64,000 bases of DNA, taken from contig NW_002060975.1 in NCBI RefSeq assembly GCF_000150275.1, positions 190,655 through 254,654 of the forward strand, in the 5' to 3' direction. Positions 63,509-64,000 of the stretch are shown here, piece by piece. Every line of letters starts with the position of its first letter. The first letter of the stretch is position 1. The notes beneath the pieces are model-generated. The model had not been told where the DNA came from. It saw only the letters and a program-made list of their open reading frames with translations, and did not search any database. The DNA comes from Trichoplax adhaerens (Eukaryota; Animalia; Placozoa). The position numbers were made by a program, and so were the translations under genes.

Positions 63509-64000
63509 TCAAAGCTTAGAAGAATTTCTCTTAGAAGTTCCAGTTGGAGTCACACTAATGAAGCGACGATTTCCTCTTAAATTCTGAAATGGACACAAGT
63601 TTCGCACGAGTGCCAAAGATCTGCTCCTTACATTTACATCAAACTTTAAATATATAAATGGATTCAGTATAACAATCGATGTTGTCGTAATTATTGAAAA
63701 AAATAATAACAAAAATTGAACAACATTATTTTCACGAACCACGAAAGCTGATCGCTGAGTAACTGCCATGCCAATAGTACTTGCAAAAAATGGCCAACTG
63801 ATTATCACATAAGATATCGATATCCATGTTAGCATGTTTATAAATCGTTTCTTTTTAATTTGTTCTAGTTGTTGTTCATTTATATTTTTATCTCCCGGTC
63901 GATGATATGACTTCTGAAATGAGATAATAAGACTGTAGATGATTAATATTGCTGTAGTCGGGATAATATACGAGAAAGCTGCATGACATATCAAGTAGAT
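63509..64000 (-). CDS. Class A orphan GPCR, near-identical copy of paralog 3 (TM5 to C-terminus; 5' part lies beyond the window)
   Basis: 63460-64000 matches 56400-56940 except at 63842 (synonymous) and 63964 (V to I). Confidence 0.88.
   Translation of the reverse strand: MYLICHAAFSYIIPTTAILIIYSLIISFQKSYHRPGDKNINEQQLEQIKKKRFINMLTWISISYVIISWPFFASTIGMAVTQRSAFVVRENNVVQFLLLFFSIITTTSIVILNPFIYLKFDVNVRSRSLALVRNLCPFQNLRGNRRFISVTPTGTSKRNSSKL

Overview
AT-rich, intron-containing animal DNA. Short introns and arrays of intronless, divergent rhodopsin-type GPCRs suggest a placozoan such as Trichoplax, but this is inference and was not verified. The main gene is a 25-exon adhesion GPCR on the + strand (17473-32390, about 1077 aa), assembled by hand from GT/AG junctions that all keep frame. 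It encodes a signal peptide, two C-type lectin domains, a Thr/Pro mucin stalk, a GAIN/GPS domain with an intact HL|T site and an ADGRD-like 7TM. A minus-strand cluster of single-exon class A orphan GPCRs follows: three complete genes, a near-identical copy cut by the window end, and a 3' remnant of a fifth paralog that marks a 7060-bp tandem-duplication junction. A decayed type-B carboxylesterase pseudogene lies inside this cluster. Mobile-element relics include a solo LTR whose 5-bp target-site duplication is exactly a splice donor of the adhesion GPCR, further solo-LTR-like segments, three Helitron 3' ends and a 31-bp-arm hairpin. The first 17 kb holds no recognisable intact gene. No rRNA, tRNA or CRISPR was seen.
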